The notes: generated by a model not told the origin, from the letters alone. A DNA stretch of 64,000 nucleotides from Vicinamibacterales bacterium (GCA_965218825.1 OZ244656.1:1882480-1946479), one strand, 5' to 3'. Shown: positions 9,401-19,804, numbered from the stretch's first letter. Numbers and translations are program-made.

Positions 9401-9576
9401 TCGGGATCTGACGCTTGCTCCGGCTCCGGACGGCCGCCGGCGGCCGTCAAGCATGGCCGACACCGGTCGACTAATCGACCACGCCCAGAGGGCGTGGGTT
9501 TAGAAAGGCCCCTCGAAGGGGCCGTTCGCGTGGGGAAGATCCCTCCGGGGCCGACTCGACGCGGGGCGCGCCTTAT

Positions 9577-9720
9577 CACCCCATGACGCAAGGGAAGATC
9601 GAACGCTACCACCGGTCGATGAAGAACGTCGTGAAGCTTGAAAAATACTTTAGCCCGTGGGAACTCCAACGCGCGCTGGCGCGTTTCGTGGAGGACTACA
9701 ATCACCGGCGTTATCGCGAA
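9577..9720 (+). pseudogene. rve-type (IS3/IS481-like) transposase, C-terminal fragment
   Basis: TQGKIERYHRSMKNVVKLEKY...FVEDYNHRRY signature only. Confidence 0.6.
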
Positions 9721-9865
9721 GCTCAAGGCGCTCGTTCGCACCGCTCGCTGTCGCCGCACCGAGACGCTCTGGCCGTTCCTCGGCGAGTGCTTGGCGCACT
9801 TCAGCCCTGACGAATGCCGCAACTATTTTCGGCACTGCGGGTACTCGGCCGCCACACGGTCATGA
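9700..9865 (+). pseudogene. IS630-family transposase, C-terminal fragment
   Basis: IAKLKALVRTA...LWPFLGECLAHFSPDECRNYFRHCGY is a typical IS630 C-terminal tail. Confidence 0.55.
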
Positions 9866-9917
9866 AAAGCGCTTTAGATCGCTGCGATGTGCTTCAAGCT
9901 CGTAGACACCGGTCCGC

Positions 9918-12161
9918 GTGCCATCCGCCGAGCTCGGGTTAGCCCTGCGGGCCCTTGAACAGCAGGCGCCGCATCGCAGCGGAGGCACAGGATACACTGG
10001 CGCAATGCACCCGGTGCTGCTGGCGGCCGATGACTGTCGCCTCTGTTCCGGCGAGCTCATTGCGCTCGGCCCACGCTTGCCCACGTCTGCCGAGGAGTTG
10101 AACGAGCTTCTCGCGACTGCGGTCGAGCAGTCCCTGGACCGTGCCTTCACCCATCTCTCGCTCGCGGCCCTTCAGCATCAGCTTCCGGTCGACGCGCGGC
10201 ACCTCCAGGGCGGCGCTCATCTGCTGCCGGACCCGGACATCGTCGCCAGGATCGCCGGCCACTGCCAAGGAGACGTGGCGGCAGCCCTGGTCGAGGCCAT
10301 GAAGGAGGGCCGCCTGTCCTGGGAGCGAGAGGGGGTCGCCTTGCTGCTCGGCGCCTGGTGGGATCAGGAGAAAGGGGAAGGCAACTCGCGCAAGCCGCTC
10401 GTCCGCCAGGCGCGTCTCCTCTGTCGCAAGTCGCTGTCGCTGAGCGGAGAGCTTCTGGTCGTGGCGACGGCGCAGCTGCTGGAGGACGACGAGCTCTCGG
10501 AGCTCGTGTCGCGGCTCGGAGCATTCGCCTTCGAGGAGAAGGCTCGTGCGATGCGTACGTCTCTCCTCGATCTTGCCACGCGGGCGGTGCTGGATGGGCT
10601 TCCAGCGAGGGCGGTGGCGCGGTCCTCGGGCCGGCGTCCGACGCGACGAGCCGTGCCTCGCATCGGCCGCAACGAGCCCTGCCCTTGTGGCAGCGGCAAG
10701 AAGTACAAGCGCTGCTGCCAGACTCGGGACGAGCAACGGCTTGGCGACTCCTCGGACATCGAGGGCGTGACCGAATCCGAGCTGCGCCGAAACCTGGAAG
10801 AGCATCTGACCTGGGATCGGCTCGAAGAACTCCGCGCACATGAGCTGGCAAGGCTCGATCCTCGTCGCATCGATCCGGGTCTTCACGCCGCCATCGTCGG
10901 AAAGCTTGTCCTCTTCAACGAGTTCCAGGCCATACATCGCTTCTTCCAAACCGAGGGACTGGCGTCCTCACTCAAGGATCACCTGCTCGACGCGGTCGAT
11001 GCGGCTCTACGCCAGCATCGAGCAGACGATGCACGAGCGTTCCTCGAGCTCGTCGAAGAGCCCGCGGACGAGATGGGGATGAGTCTTCGCATGGTCCTTC
11101 TGATGAAAGAGCTCGAGGAGGGTCCGGTGCTCGTCGAGATGGAACGACTGGCAAGCGACGTGCTCGACGAAGGCGGGGTCGACTTCGCATGCGACTTGGT
11201 AGACAGTCGATGGCCCCACCTCGGGATTCTCGTCGCCCGCGGCCTCCTCCCGGTGGTTACGGGCTTCGATCGCCAGACTCTCCTGAACTCGATCGGCGAG
11301 GCTCGGGACCGCCTTGACCTGCCGGCCATCGATCCCGTCGAGAATACCTTGGAGGCGTGGCTCGGCGACGAGCTCGAGTCGGATCGCCGGCTCGGCAGAA
11401 ACCTCGGGCGCCAACCCCTACGTGCACTCGACCAGGACGATGGCGGCGACGGCGATGATTCCTGGGCTTCCAGAGAGTCCGAGCCAGACGGGCGTGATGG
11501 CTCAGAGGCGGCGCCACAGCGAGCGGACGTGGAACACTGGCAGGCGCTTGAGGAGAAGGAGGTAGAGGTCAGGAACCTGAGAGACCAGCTCTCCGAACTG
11601 CGCGGCCTGCTGCAAGAACAGGATGGTGAGAGCAGTGGCGGCATCGTGGAGAGCAGGCCGGAGGCCGACCCGCGATTCGTCGAGCTTCGTGAGCGTGTTC
11701 ATCGGCTCAAGAGCGAGCTCACTCAGCGTCACGCCGAACGCAATCAGCTTCGTCGTCAGCTCGACCGCATGCGCAAGAGAGTCGATGCTCTCACGGTGCA
11801 GCAGGAGGAGTCAACGGCGCAGCCCGGACCGGAGGTTTCGGCGGTCCCGACAGAGCGTTCGGAGGAGCCCGCTGGGCCGCTGCCGCCGAGGCTCCCGCTC
11901 TTCTCGAAGCGCTTCCGAGAAAGACTCACAACGGTGCCGGAAGGGGTAAAGAGACGCGCCATTCTCACCGTGGGCCGAATCGCGGCCGGCGATTCGGCCG
12001 CGCTTCGCGGAGCACGCCGCCTCCACGCCGATCGAAACCTTCATCGCCAGCGGATCGGCCGGGACTACCGGCTTCTATTCCGGCTCCACGACGACGAACT
12101 CGAGGTGGTCGATCTCCTTCCGCGACAGGATCTGGAGCGAACCCTCCGAGAGTTTCGGTAG
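9918..12161 (+). CDS. large multidomain protein: helical N-terminus, SEC-C zinc motif, coiled coil, RelE/ParE-like C-terminal domain
   Basis: [16 protein letters not shown] (SEC-C). Acidic linker and heptad-rich segment. Last ~85 aa read FSKRFRERL...[29 protein letters not shown], RelE/ParE-like. GTG start uncertain; alternative ATG at 10005. Confidence 0.7.
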   Translation: MPSAELGLALRALEQQAPHRSGGTGYTGAMHPVLLAADDCRLCSGELIALGPRLPTSAEELNELLATAVEQSLDRAFTHLSLAALQHQLPVDARHLQGGAHLLPDPDIVARIAGHCQGDVAAALVEAMKEGRLSWEREGVALLLGAWWDQEKGEGNSRKPLVRQARLLCRKSLSLSGELLVVATAQLLEDDELSELVSRLGAFAFEEKARAMRTSLLDLATRAVLDGLPARAVARSSGRRPTRRAVPRIGRNEPCPCGSGKKYKRCCQTRDEQRLGDSSDIEGVTESELRRNLEEHLTWDRLEELRAHELARLDPRRIDPGLHAAIVGKLVLFNEFQAIHRFFQTEGLASSLKDHLLDAVDAALRQHRADDARAFLELVEEPADEMGMSLRMVLLMKELEEGPVLVEMERLASDVLDEGGVDFACDLVDSRWPHLGILVARGLLPVVTGFDRQTLLNSIGEARDRLDLPAIDPVENTLEAWLGDELESDRRLGRNLGRQPLRALDQDDGGDGDDSWASRESEPDGRDGSEAAPQRADVEHWQALEEKEVEVRNLRDQLSELRGLLQEQDGESSGGIVESRPEADPRFVELRERVHRLKSELTQRHAERNQLRRQLDRMRKRVDALTVQQEESTAQPGPEVSAVPTERSEEPAGPLPPRLPLFSKRFRERLTTVPEGVKRRAILTVGRIAAGDSAALRGARRLHADRNLHRQRIGRDYRLLFRLHDDELEVVDLLPRQDLERTLREFR

Positions 12162-12209
12162 GTCACGTCCGCGTGGCGAGTCCGGCCTGCATCGCCGGAG
12201 GCCGGACCT

Positions 12210-12360
12210 ACTTTGGGGTCACGGTTGTCACACCCGCGCTTGGCGCAGGCCATCCCGTCGATCGCGTGCATCGCTCACGTGTACCTGGGGGGAACCCGCG
12301 GTTTTCGCCCACGATCTCGGAGGTGAAGGCGACCGATCAACAGCGACCGGCGCAAGCACC
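12210..12360 (-). mobile_element. IS1-like element, IRL-end remnant (~150 bp)
   Basis: Homologous to 41090-41240, including the terminal GATCAACAGCGACCGGCGCAAGCACC and the first ~17 codons (MHAIDGMACAKRGCDNR). Confidence 0.7.
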
Positions 12361-12468
12361 CACAGCTCTGCGAAAAGACTATAGCGACATGACGATGATG
12401 ATCTTTGGCGAAGCCCCAATGTTCAACCTCATTGTTGACTCGCTCCAGCAGCTTGAGGACCAGATCAA

Positions 12469-13854
12469 GAGATATAGGCAAATGTTGTGTATAAGGCGTC
12501 AGGCGGCTTTCTGTCTCACGCCGTCGACGAAGGGCACCCCGTCGATGACCTCGGCGATTAGCTGAGACCCGTTCAGCGCTCTCCATTGTTTCTGCGCGGC
12601 CATCGCCAGCTTGAACACCATCGTCAAGCAGGCCAGTCGGCTGCCCGCGCCCTTGGTCTTCCTCGTGCGGAGCCGGACGGTCGCGAACGTGGACTCGACC
12701 GGGTTCGTGGTACGGATGTGCATCCAGTGTTCGGCCGGAAAGGCGTAGAAGGTCAGGAGAACATCCCGGTCCTTCACCAGGCAGGTCGTCGCGGCTGGGA
12801 ACTTTGCGGCAAACGTCGCCACAAAGAGGGCGAAGGCTTGGTCGGCCGCCGCCTGCGTCTCGGCCATCCAGATGTCGTGAAGCATGGCTTTCGCCTTGGG
12901 TTGCACACCCTTGGGGAGCTTGTTGAGCACGTTCGCCGTCTTGTGGACCCAACACCGCTGCTCACGGGTTTTCGGAAACACTTTCCGCACGGCGCCCCAG
13001 AAGCCGAGGCCCCCGTCGCCGATGGCGAGCTCGGGATCGATCGTGAGTCCGCGGGCACGGACATCGAGCAGCAACTCGCGCCATGACTGTTCGCTCTCCC
13101 GGTAGCCATCGGTGATCGCGATGAGCTCCTTCGTCCCGTCTCGGGTGGCGCCCATCAGCACCAGAATGCATTGCCGTTTGTTGTCCGTGTCCTCGAGCCG
13201 GACGTTGAAGTACACGCCGTCGGCCCAGACGTAGGCGTAGCGCGTGTACGCCAACGACCGCTTCGACCAGTCCTGGTACTCGTGCGCCCACACTGCCTTC
13301 AGCCGCGTGATGGTCGTCGCCGATAACCCGCGCGCCTCGGGCCCCAACAACGCCTGGAGCGCCTCGCCGAAGCCGCCGGTGCTGATGCCCTTGAGATAAA
13401 GCCAGGGATACAGGGCCTCCAAGCTGGGGGTCTTCCGCAGATAGGGCGGCAGGACCGCCGACCGGAACGTCTCGCGCTCGTCGGCGGGCCGGCGGTCCCG
13501 GACCCGCGGTTGCTGCACCTGGACGTCCCCGACTGGGGTCTGTATCGTCCGCTCGGGCAAGCGGCCGTTGCGGACCACACCCCGTTGCCCGGCGGCGTCC
13601 ACGGTGGTCGCCCGAGCATCCAGATACTCGTCAACCTCCGCCTCGATCGCCGTGGCCAGCATTCGCTGCGCCCCGGTGCGCAGCACATCGGTCAACACGT
13701 CGCGGGCCGATGCCTGTGGGAACTCGACCAACTTTTCGCTAGGCTTCGTCATGGTGGCGTACCTCCTTGCCCCTTGGGGTGAACTGGGTGCCTCAGCAAC
13801 ACCCAGGGTACGCCGCCTGTTCACAGCCTCATACCCAACTTTCGGTTATACCTC
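12469..13854 (-). mobile_element. IS256-family IS, type 1, copy 2 (complete, 1386 bp, no TSD)
   Basis: Imperfect terminal IRs GAGATATAGGCAAATGTTGTGTATAAGGC / GAGGTATAACCGAAAGTTGGGTATGAGGC (22/29). Flanking 9-mers differ. Confidence 0.9.
12499..13824 (-). CDS. IS256-family transposase (441 aa)
   Basis: Full ORF with Mutator/IS256-type layout. Near-identical to 25051-26376. Confidence 0.9.
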   Translation of the reverse strand: MNRRRTLGVAEAPSSPQGARRYATMTKPSEKLVEFPQASARDVLTDVLRTGAQRMLATAIEAEVDEYLDARATTVDAAGQRGVVRNGRLPERTIQTPVGDVQVQQPRVRDRRPADERETFRSAVLPPYLRKTPSLEALYPWLYLKGISTGGFGEALQALLGPEARGLSATTITRLKAVWAHEYQDWSKRSLAYTRYAYVWADGVYFNVRLEDTDNKRQCILVLMGATRDGTKELIAITDGYRESEQSWRELLLDVRARGLTIDPELAIGDGGLGFWGAVRKVFPKTREQRCWVHKTANVLNKLPKGVQPKAKAMLHDIWMAETQAAADQAFALFVATFAAKFPAATTCLVKDRDVLLTFYAFPAEHWMHIRTTNPVESTFATVRLRTRKTKGAGSRLACLTMVFKLAMAAQKQWRALNGSQLIAEVIDGVPFVDGVRQKAA

Positions 13855-13855
13855 G

Positions 13856-14405
13856 CTTCCTACCGCCAGAGGTGAACTGCCCCGCCTCGACGAGTTGGAC
13901 CCTCTTCGATTCCAAGGTCTATGCCGTGACCTGTACCAGATCGAACCGGATTACGTCACGGCGGAGGTCTTCGGTACGCCTGGACAGCTTCAACATGGTG
14001 TCGACATTCTAGCGAGACGCCGTGGAGGCGATGGGATAGCGGTTGGACAGTGCAAATGCATAAGGCCTATTGCACTAAAACCAGCACTATTGAAACAGGC
14101 ATCGAGTGATTTCCTTAAGCACCGCACCCAGGGTGTTCGATACCCGCCAGGAGAGCACCCACTGGCAGGAGCGAGGTGTTCGAAGATTTATTCTATTTGT
14201 CGCTCCTGACATATCACATACTCAAATCCAGGAAGAGATTCTTCGACAGCACCATGCCTTCAAGGCGTTGGGCATTGAGTATGAAGTGTGGGGTGAAGCC
14301 ACAATCGTCAACAGGCTTCGCACGCAACCAGGTATTACAACGACCTGTCTCGGACAGGCGTGGAGTGACACTCTCTGTGGAACCGCTATATCTGGGTTCC
14401 CACGA
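13856..14405 (+). pseudogene. Mrr-type restriction-endonuclease-domain protein, both ends cut by IS, internal frameshift
   Basis: LDPLRFQGLCRDLY...GVDILARRRGGDGIAVGQCKC is Mrr_cat-like. Frame changes near 14120 (ORFs 13568-14209 and 14106-14414). Lower GC. Confidence 0.6.
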
Positions 14406-14765
14406 GAGGTATAACCGAAAGTTGGGTATGAGGCTGTGAACAGGCGGCGTACCCTGGGTGTTGCTGAGGCACCCAGTTCACCCCAAGGGGCAAGGAGGTA
14501 CGCCACCATGACGAAGCCTAGCGAAAAGTTGGTCGAGTTCCCACAGGCATCGGCCCGCGACGTGTTGACCGATGTGCTGCGCACCGGGGCGCAGCGAATG
14601 CTGGCCACGGCGATCGAGGCGGAGGTTGACGAGTATCTGGATGCTCGGGCGACCACCGTGGACGCCGCCGGGCAACGGGGTGTGGTCCGCAACGGCCGCT
14701 TGCCCGAGCGGACGATACAGACCCCAGTCGGGGACGTCCAGGTGCAGCAACCGCGGGTCCGGGAC

Positions 14766-16197
14766 GAAGGTGCGCGAAACTTAGTTGGGAATTGAAGCGG
14801 CTCCAAACCCTGTGGTTTGATGACGTTGCCTAAGACGAACATCACGCCACGAGAGAAAGGAGCCGAGATGAGCAGTGTCCTACGACCCGTCAGGAAGCGC
14901 AAGAAGGTTCGCACGTTGGGCCCGGTCGACGTCATCGACCGGAAGGAGTACGCCGAACTGGACGTCGACACCAAGGTGGAGTTGATCCGGTCCTTGGTGC
15001 CGCTGGGGTTGCTGCATGTCGAGGAGTTGCTCGACGCGGAGGTGACGGCGCTGGCGGGCGGGCGCTATGCCCGCAAGGACGCATCGGTCGGCGGGCGTCG
15101 TCATGGCAGCAACCCCGGGACGGTCGGGTTGGCCGGCCAGCGCGTGCCAATTCGCGTGCCACGGATTCGCCATGTCGCGGGGAGCGAGATGCCGCTGCGG
15201 TCCTACGAGGCGTTGCATGGGGAGCGCGCGGTGAACGACCTGCTGCTGAAGCGCGTGCTGTACGGAATCTCGTGCCGCAACTACGAAGCCGCCGCGGCGG
15301 CGATTCCCGGAGCCATCGGGCTGTCGGGGTCGACCGTGTCCCGGGGCTTTATTCAGGCTAGCGCGGCGAAACTGCGGGAGCTCCAGGAGCGGGACCTCTC
15401 CGGCGAGGACGTGGTGGCCGTGGTCCTGGACGGCAAGACCGTTGCCGAGGCAACGATGGTCATCGCGCTGGGCATCACGATGGCGGGGGAAAAACGCTTT
15501 CTGGGCTTCGTCGAGACGGATACCGAGAACGAGAAAGTGTTGACCCCGTTCTTGCGGTCGTTGGTCGAGCGGGGTCTTGACGTCTCCCAGGGCGTGCTGG
15601 TGATCCTCGACGGCGGCAAGGGGCTGCGATCAGCCGTCCGCAAAGCCTTCCGGGACCGGGCGCTGGTCCACCGGTGCCAGTGGCATAAGCGCGAGAACGT
15701 GGTGAGTTACCTGGCCAAGACCGAGCAGGCGTCGTGGCGCCAGCGCCTCCAACGCGCCTACAACCGTCCGGAATACGACGAAGCCCGCGCGGCCCTTGAG
15801 ACGCTCCATCGCGAGCTGGAGGACCGGAACCAATCGGCGGCCCGCAGCTTGGCGGAAGGCTTCGACGAGACCTTGACGCTGCATCGACTCGGGCTCTACG
15901 GCGTTCTGGGCCGCTCGCTGAAGACGACGAACTGTCTGGAGTCCGTCAATGCGCTCGTCGAGGAACGCTGCGCGAAGGTCGATCACTGGCAAAACTCGCG
16001 TCAACGTCACCGCTGGCTGGCGACCGCGCTCTTGGACATCGAACCGCGCCTGCGCAAGGTGATGGGGTACCGGCACCTGCCCACGCTCCGTGCCGCGTTG
16101 AAGCGAGAACTGAAGATCGACACGACGACGTCGAAGAAGAAAGCCGCGTAGTCAATCAGGAGCCGTAGAGAGTTTCAACTAAGAATGGGCTTGACTC
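14766..16197 (+). mobile_element. IS256-family IS, type 2 (1432 bp) with 8-bp TSD
   Basis: Flanked by TCCGGGAC at 14758-14765 and 16198-16205. Termini share CTTAGTTG and CGGCTCC blocks in inverted orientation. Confidence 0.85.
14820..16151 (+). CDS. IS256-family transposase, type 2 (443 aa)
   Basis: Full ORF, colinear with IS256-type transposases but divergent from type 1. ATG at 14820 (a TTG lies at 14817). Confidence 0.85.
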   Translation: MTLPKTNITPREKGAEMSSVLRPVRKRKKVRTLGPVDVIDRKEYAELDVDTKVELIRSLVPLGLLHVEELLDAEVTALAGGRYARKDASVGGRRHGSNPGTVGLAGQRVPIRVPRIRHVAGSEMPLRSYEALHGERAVNDLLLKRVLYGISCRNYEAAAAAIPGAIGLSGSTVSRGFIQASAAKLRELQERDLSGEDVVAVVLDGKTVAEATMVIALGITMAGEKRFLGFVETDTENEKVLTPFLRSLVERGLDVSQGVLVILDGGKGLRSAVRKAFRDRALVHRCQWHKRENVVSYLAKTEQASWRQRLQRAYNRPEYDEARAALETLHRELEDRNQSAARSLAEGFDETLTLHRLGLYGVLGRSLKTTNCLESVNALVEERCAKVDHWQNSRQRHRWLATALLDIEPRLRKVMGYRHLPTLRAALKRELKIDTTTSKKKAA

Positions 16198-16384
16198 TCC
16201 GGGACCGCCGGCCCGCCGACGAGCGCGAGACGTTCCGGTCGGCGGTCCTGCCGCCCTATCTGCGGAAGACCCCCAGCTTGGAGGCCCTGTATCCCTGGCT
16301 TTATCTCAAGGGCATCAGCACCGGCGGCTTCGGCGAGGCGCTCCAGGCGTTGTTGGGGCCCGGGACATACCCTTGCGGGGGCGT

Positions 16385-16683
16385 ATGAGGCAGTTCGAGC
16401 AGCATCGCCCGACGATAGCGCGCTGCCCGCCTCCTCCGGCAAGACTGATCGCCACCGCCTCACCCGTGGCGGCGACCGTCAAGCCAACCGAGCCCTCCAC
16501 ATGATCACGATGAGCCGGCTCCGCACCGACGAGCGCACGCAAGCGTTTGCTCAACGCAAGGTCGCCAGCGGCACGTCCAAACTCGAGGCCCTCCGCGGCA
16601 TCAAGCGATACATCGCTCGTGAGGTCTATCCCCTTGTGAAGGCCAACACCGCCGATGTTGGAGGCTCGACGAGTGCCCCTTGA
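16385..16683 (+). pseudogene. IS110-family transposase, C-terminal fragment
   Basis: PASSGKTDRHRLTRGGDRQANRALHMI...EALRGIKRYIAREVY matches the IS110/IS116/IS902 C-terminal signature. Confidence 0.7.
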
Positions 16684-16906
16684 CATTTATGAGAGCTTCC
16701 GCGGCACGCAGTATCTTTCGATGCGATACACGGATCGTCTCGGGGGCGCGCTCCACTGGCCACGGGCGGTGGTCCAGTTCCCGGCGAGCGACGGCGGTGG
16801 TGGGTGCGCCGCGGCTCGTCAGTTCGGAGACCAACCCGACTCGGCCGGAGTGGACGGAGTACACTGTCGTGCCGCAGTCGACGTTCCACACCTCGGTCAT
16901 CCGGTT

Positions 16907-17338
16907 CTAGAGGAAGGTCTTGCATCGCGGCCGGCACCGGCAGGCGATGCCGACCTCGCCTCCAGTGTTGTAGTCGATGGACAGCTCCTCGCCACGCTCG
17001 ATGTTGCGCGCGGCGCGGATCCAAATGGTATCCCCCGCGATTTCGACGTAGCAGTTGGGCGTGCAGGCATGGTTGATGAAGCGCGCCCAGTTACCACCCA
17101 CCGACCCGTCGCGCAGCCATCGCCGATTGATCCAGAAACACCAGATTCGGCCCCCAGCCTGGTACTTCGTCTCCCGGCGGTCGGCTTCGTCAGCAGAGAT
17201 CTTCTCGCCCGCGTAGTTGATGATCCGCGAGTTCTTAGTAATCCGCTGACCTGCGTAGACGCCCCAGCCGGCGATGGGCGACCGGCGGCGGACGAGACGC
17301 CTGCCGGTCGGGGAAAGCAAGACACGCGATGTGGGCAT
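16907..17338 (-). CDS. SET-domain protein (putative lysine methyltransferase)
   Basis: ARFINHACTPNCYV and GEELSIDY SET motifs, followed by a Cys-rich post-SET-like CRCRPRC. Confidence 0.8.
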   Translation of the reverse strand: MPTSRVLLSPTGRRLVRRRSPIAGWGVYAGQRITKNSRIINYAGEKISADEADRRETKYQAGGRIWCFWINRRWLRDGSVGGNWARFINHACTPNCYVEIAGDTIWIRAARNIERGEELSIDYNTGGEVGIACRCRPRCKTFL

Positions 17339-17434
17339 CCGTCGGCAGTGTACCTGCCGCGGGGTAGGCGGGGCACCAGCTGCGGCTCAACAGAACGGCC
17401 CAGGTGAACCGCCCCGGGTTCGTGAGAGAGCTCG

Positions 17435-17770
17435 TTAGTTGACTCCGGCCGCGATGACGGGAGCCTCCTGCACCAGATAGTACTGCTGTTCGAACTCTGC
17501 CGGCGACACGTGGCCGATGGGCCCGAGGAGCCGGCGGTGATTGAACCAGTCGACCCATTCGAGGGTCGCGAACTCGACGGTTTCGAGATCCCGCCACGGC
17601 CCCTGACGACGAATCACTTCGGTCTTGTACAGTCCGATCACCGACTCGGCGAGGGCATTGTCGTACGAGTCGCCCACACTGCCCACGGACGGGTCAATCC
17701 CGGCGGCGGCAAGGCGGTTCGTGTAGCGAATCGAGAGATACACGCCCGTCGCCTCCATCGCCACCGTGTC
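17435..17770 (-). pseudogene. IS3-family OrfB (rve) transposase, C-terminal fragment
   Basis: SVGDSYDNALAESVIGLYKTEVI...LEWVDWFNHRRLLGPIGHVSPAEFE signature. Confidence 0.75.
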
Positions 17771-17774
17771 GATG

Positions 17775-18060
17775 TGGCACGCCGGGTTTGAAGGTGGCGG
17801 GGACCATCGGCCGTGGGGCTTGGAGCAGCGTGGTGAAGAGGTCGTTGAGGTCGAGACCGCGTTGCCGTGCGGTGCGGACGACGCTGGCGAGGATCTGTTG
17901 GGTCTGCGCGCCACGCTGCGTGCGATTGCCGTCTTCCCCCCGGTGAACGACCGGATCTCGTCGGCCTGCAGCTCTGTAGCGACGAAGCCGGTGGTCCTGC
18001 CGTGGCGAAAGTGGCGACACACGGCGGCAGCCCGCTCGAGCCAACAGCGAGCACGCGACC
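17775..18060 (-). pseudogene. transposase C-terminal fragment, IS66-like, frameshifted
   Basis: QILASVVRTARQRGLDLNDLFTTLLQA resembles the helical tail of IS66-type transposases. Pieces lie in two frames. Confidence 0.3.
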
Positions 18061-18157
18061 GGCGTGAGGCTGCGCCCCGGGGGTGTGCTACGCTGTCCCT
18101 GTGAGGGTCGTCGGTCCGGACGAACGGGCCGCGACGTTACCAAGAGGAGAGGTGAAG

Positions 18158-18589
18158 GTGTATCCAGAATTCTTTATCCAGCCGATGCGCGAGGAGTTGA
18201 CCCGTCACGGCGTTCAGGAGCTTCGCACGGCTGACGACGTCGACACGGTCCTCGGCTCGAGTTCGGGAACCGTCATGGTCGTGGTCAACTCCGTGTGCGG
18301 CTGCGCGGCCGGGAAGGCGCGACCAGGTATCGCGATGGCGCTCCAGCACGGTGTGAAGCCCGATGTGGTAGCGACCGTTTTTGCGGGGGCCGACGTCGAG
18401 GCGACCGAACGGGCGCGTGGCTACTTCACGGGGTATCCGCCGTCATCGCCGGCGGTCGCCCTGCTGCGTGGCGGCAAGATCATCTATATGATGGAGCGTC
18501 ACCAGATCGAGAATCAGGAGGCGCAGAGCATCGCCGCCGATCTGACGGCGGCATTCGACACGCACTGCGCGACCGAAGCCGTGAGCTGA
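18158..18589 (+). CDS. bacilliredoxin-family protein (BrxA/BrxB, DUF1094)
   Basis: VVNSVCGCAAGKARP active-site block and YFTGYPPSSPAVALL...HQIE. GTG at 18158 lies behind AAGAGGAGAG. The ORF track starts earlier, at 18083. Confidence 0.8.
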   Translation: MYPEFFIQPMREELTRHGVQELRTADDVDTVLGSSSGTVMVVVNSVCGCAAGKARPGIAMALQHGVKPDVVATVFAGADVEATERARGYFTGYPPSSPAVALLRGGKIIYMMERHQIENQEAQSIAADLTAAFDTHCATEAVS

Positions 18590-18829
18590 CTCAGCGGAGA
18601 CCGGCATGAGCGTGAGGGCGGCGCATTCGGGCGCCGCCCTTCGTGTGTACACGTTCGCTGAGGCACGCGGCCCGCGGCGGCTATCGGGCAGGTGGCGGGA
18701 GCTCGGTGCGTTGGCGGTGGGGTGGCCGGGACAATTGGGAGCGGACGGCCCCTCTGGTATCGCCGCACGCTCTCACCCACGACGTCGGCCAGCATGTCGA
18801 GGAACCGCGGATGGTCGTTGACCGACGCG

Positions 18830-19079
18830 GCGCGGGACGCAGAAATAGACCTGCACCCCGGTGGCGATCGAGAAGGTGCGATGGGCCGCCAGTTCCAGGC
18901 TACGATCCCAGGTCAACGTGGCCATGAGCCCGTCAGGCAACCGCCGCACGTGCTCGGTGAGCGCCTGCACGACCGTGCGCGTCGCAAGGCCGGCCAGCCG
19001 GACGAGACAGACGTAGCGCGAACGCCGCTCGACCAGCGTCGCCACGTAGGACTGTCGCGCGCCGGCGAGATACTCGCGC
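18830..19079 (-). pseudogene. IS30-family transposase fragment
   Basis: ATLVERRSRYVCLVRL...LTWDRSLELAAH...VYFC matches the IS30 DDE core. Fused in one ORF to the IstA fragment. Confidence 0.6.
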
Positions 19080-19804
19080 GAGCCCGTGCGCTGGCGACGG
19101 GCGTCGCCGACCAGCCCTTCCACCTTGCCTGTGTCGTTGCCCTTCCCCGGTCGTCCGAAGCGATCGTCGAACAGGTCGTGCGACTGGAGTTCGCTGAAGA
19201 CTTGGGTCCGCTGGCGCGTGCCGTCACCGAGCATCCGCGCCACCGCCAGCTTGGTGTTGTCGTAGACGATGCCACGCGGTACGCCGCCGAAATAGTGCAA
19301 CGCCGCGTTGTGCCCGTCACAGAACGCCTCCGTCGTCTCGGCCGGACACGCCTTCACGCACGCGTCGTCGCTGTGCGGCAGATCCACGACCAGGTCGTGC
19401 GCCGTGCATGCGACGCCGGCGACGACCACCAGCGCTTCACCGAAGTCGGCCTGGGCGTCGCCCGGCGGGTGCACGAGCGGCACGCACAGCTCTTGCCCGC
19501 CCAGCTTCCGCCGGCGCACGTAGTCTTTGACGATGGTGTAGCCGCCCGTGAAAGCGTGCTCCGCGCGCAAGCGCTCCCAGATGCGCTTCGCCGTGTGCCG
19601 TTGCTTCTTCGGACGCTGCTGATCGTCGGTGAGGATCTGATCGATGACCCTGGTGAAGGCGTCCAGTTTCGGACACCGGATCGGTTTCGCCCGGCGATAC
19701 CCGGGCGGCCGGGCCAGCCCGAAGCGGCGCGCCGCCGCCCGCTCGCTCAACCCCTCCACATAGACGCTGCGCCGCACCGCCGCATAGAGCTCCACTCGAT
19801 ACAT
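19080..19804 (-). pseudogene. IS21-family IstA transposase, N-terminal fragment
   Basis: MYRVELYAAVRRSVYVEGLSERAAARRFGL...KQRHTAKRIWERLRAEHAFTGGYTIVKDYV signature. Ends at GKVEGLVG. Confidence 0.75.

Larger units (their letters stand above)
14406..16362 (+). mobile_element. IS256 type 1, copy 4: 5-prime fragment interrupted by another IS
   Basis: 14406-14765 and 16198-16362 together equal the IRL end plus the first ~165 codons of the type 1 transposase. Homology stops at 16362. Confidence 0.85.
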
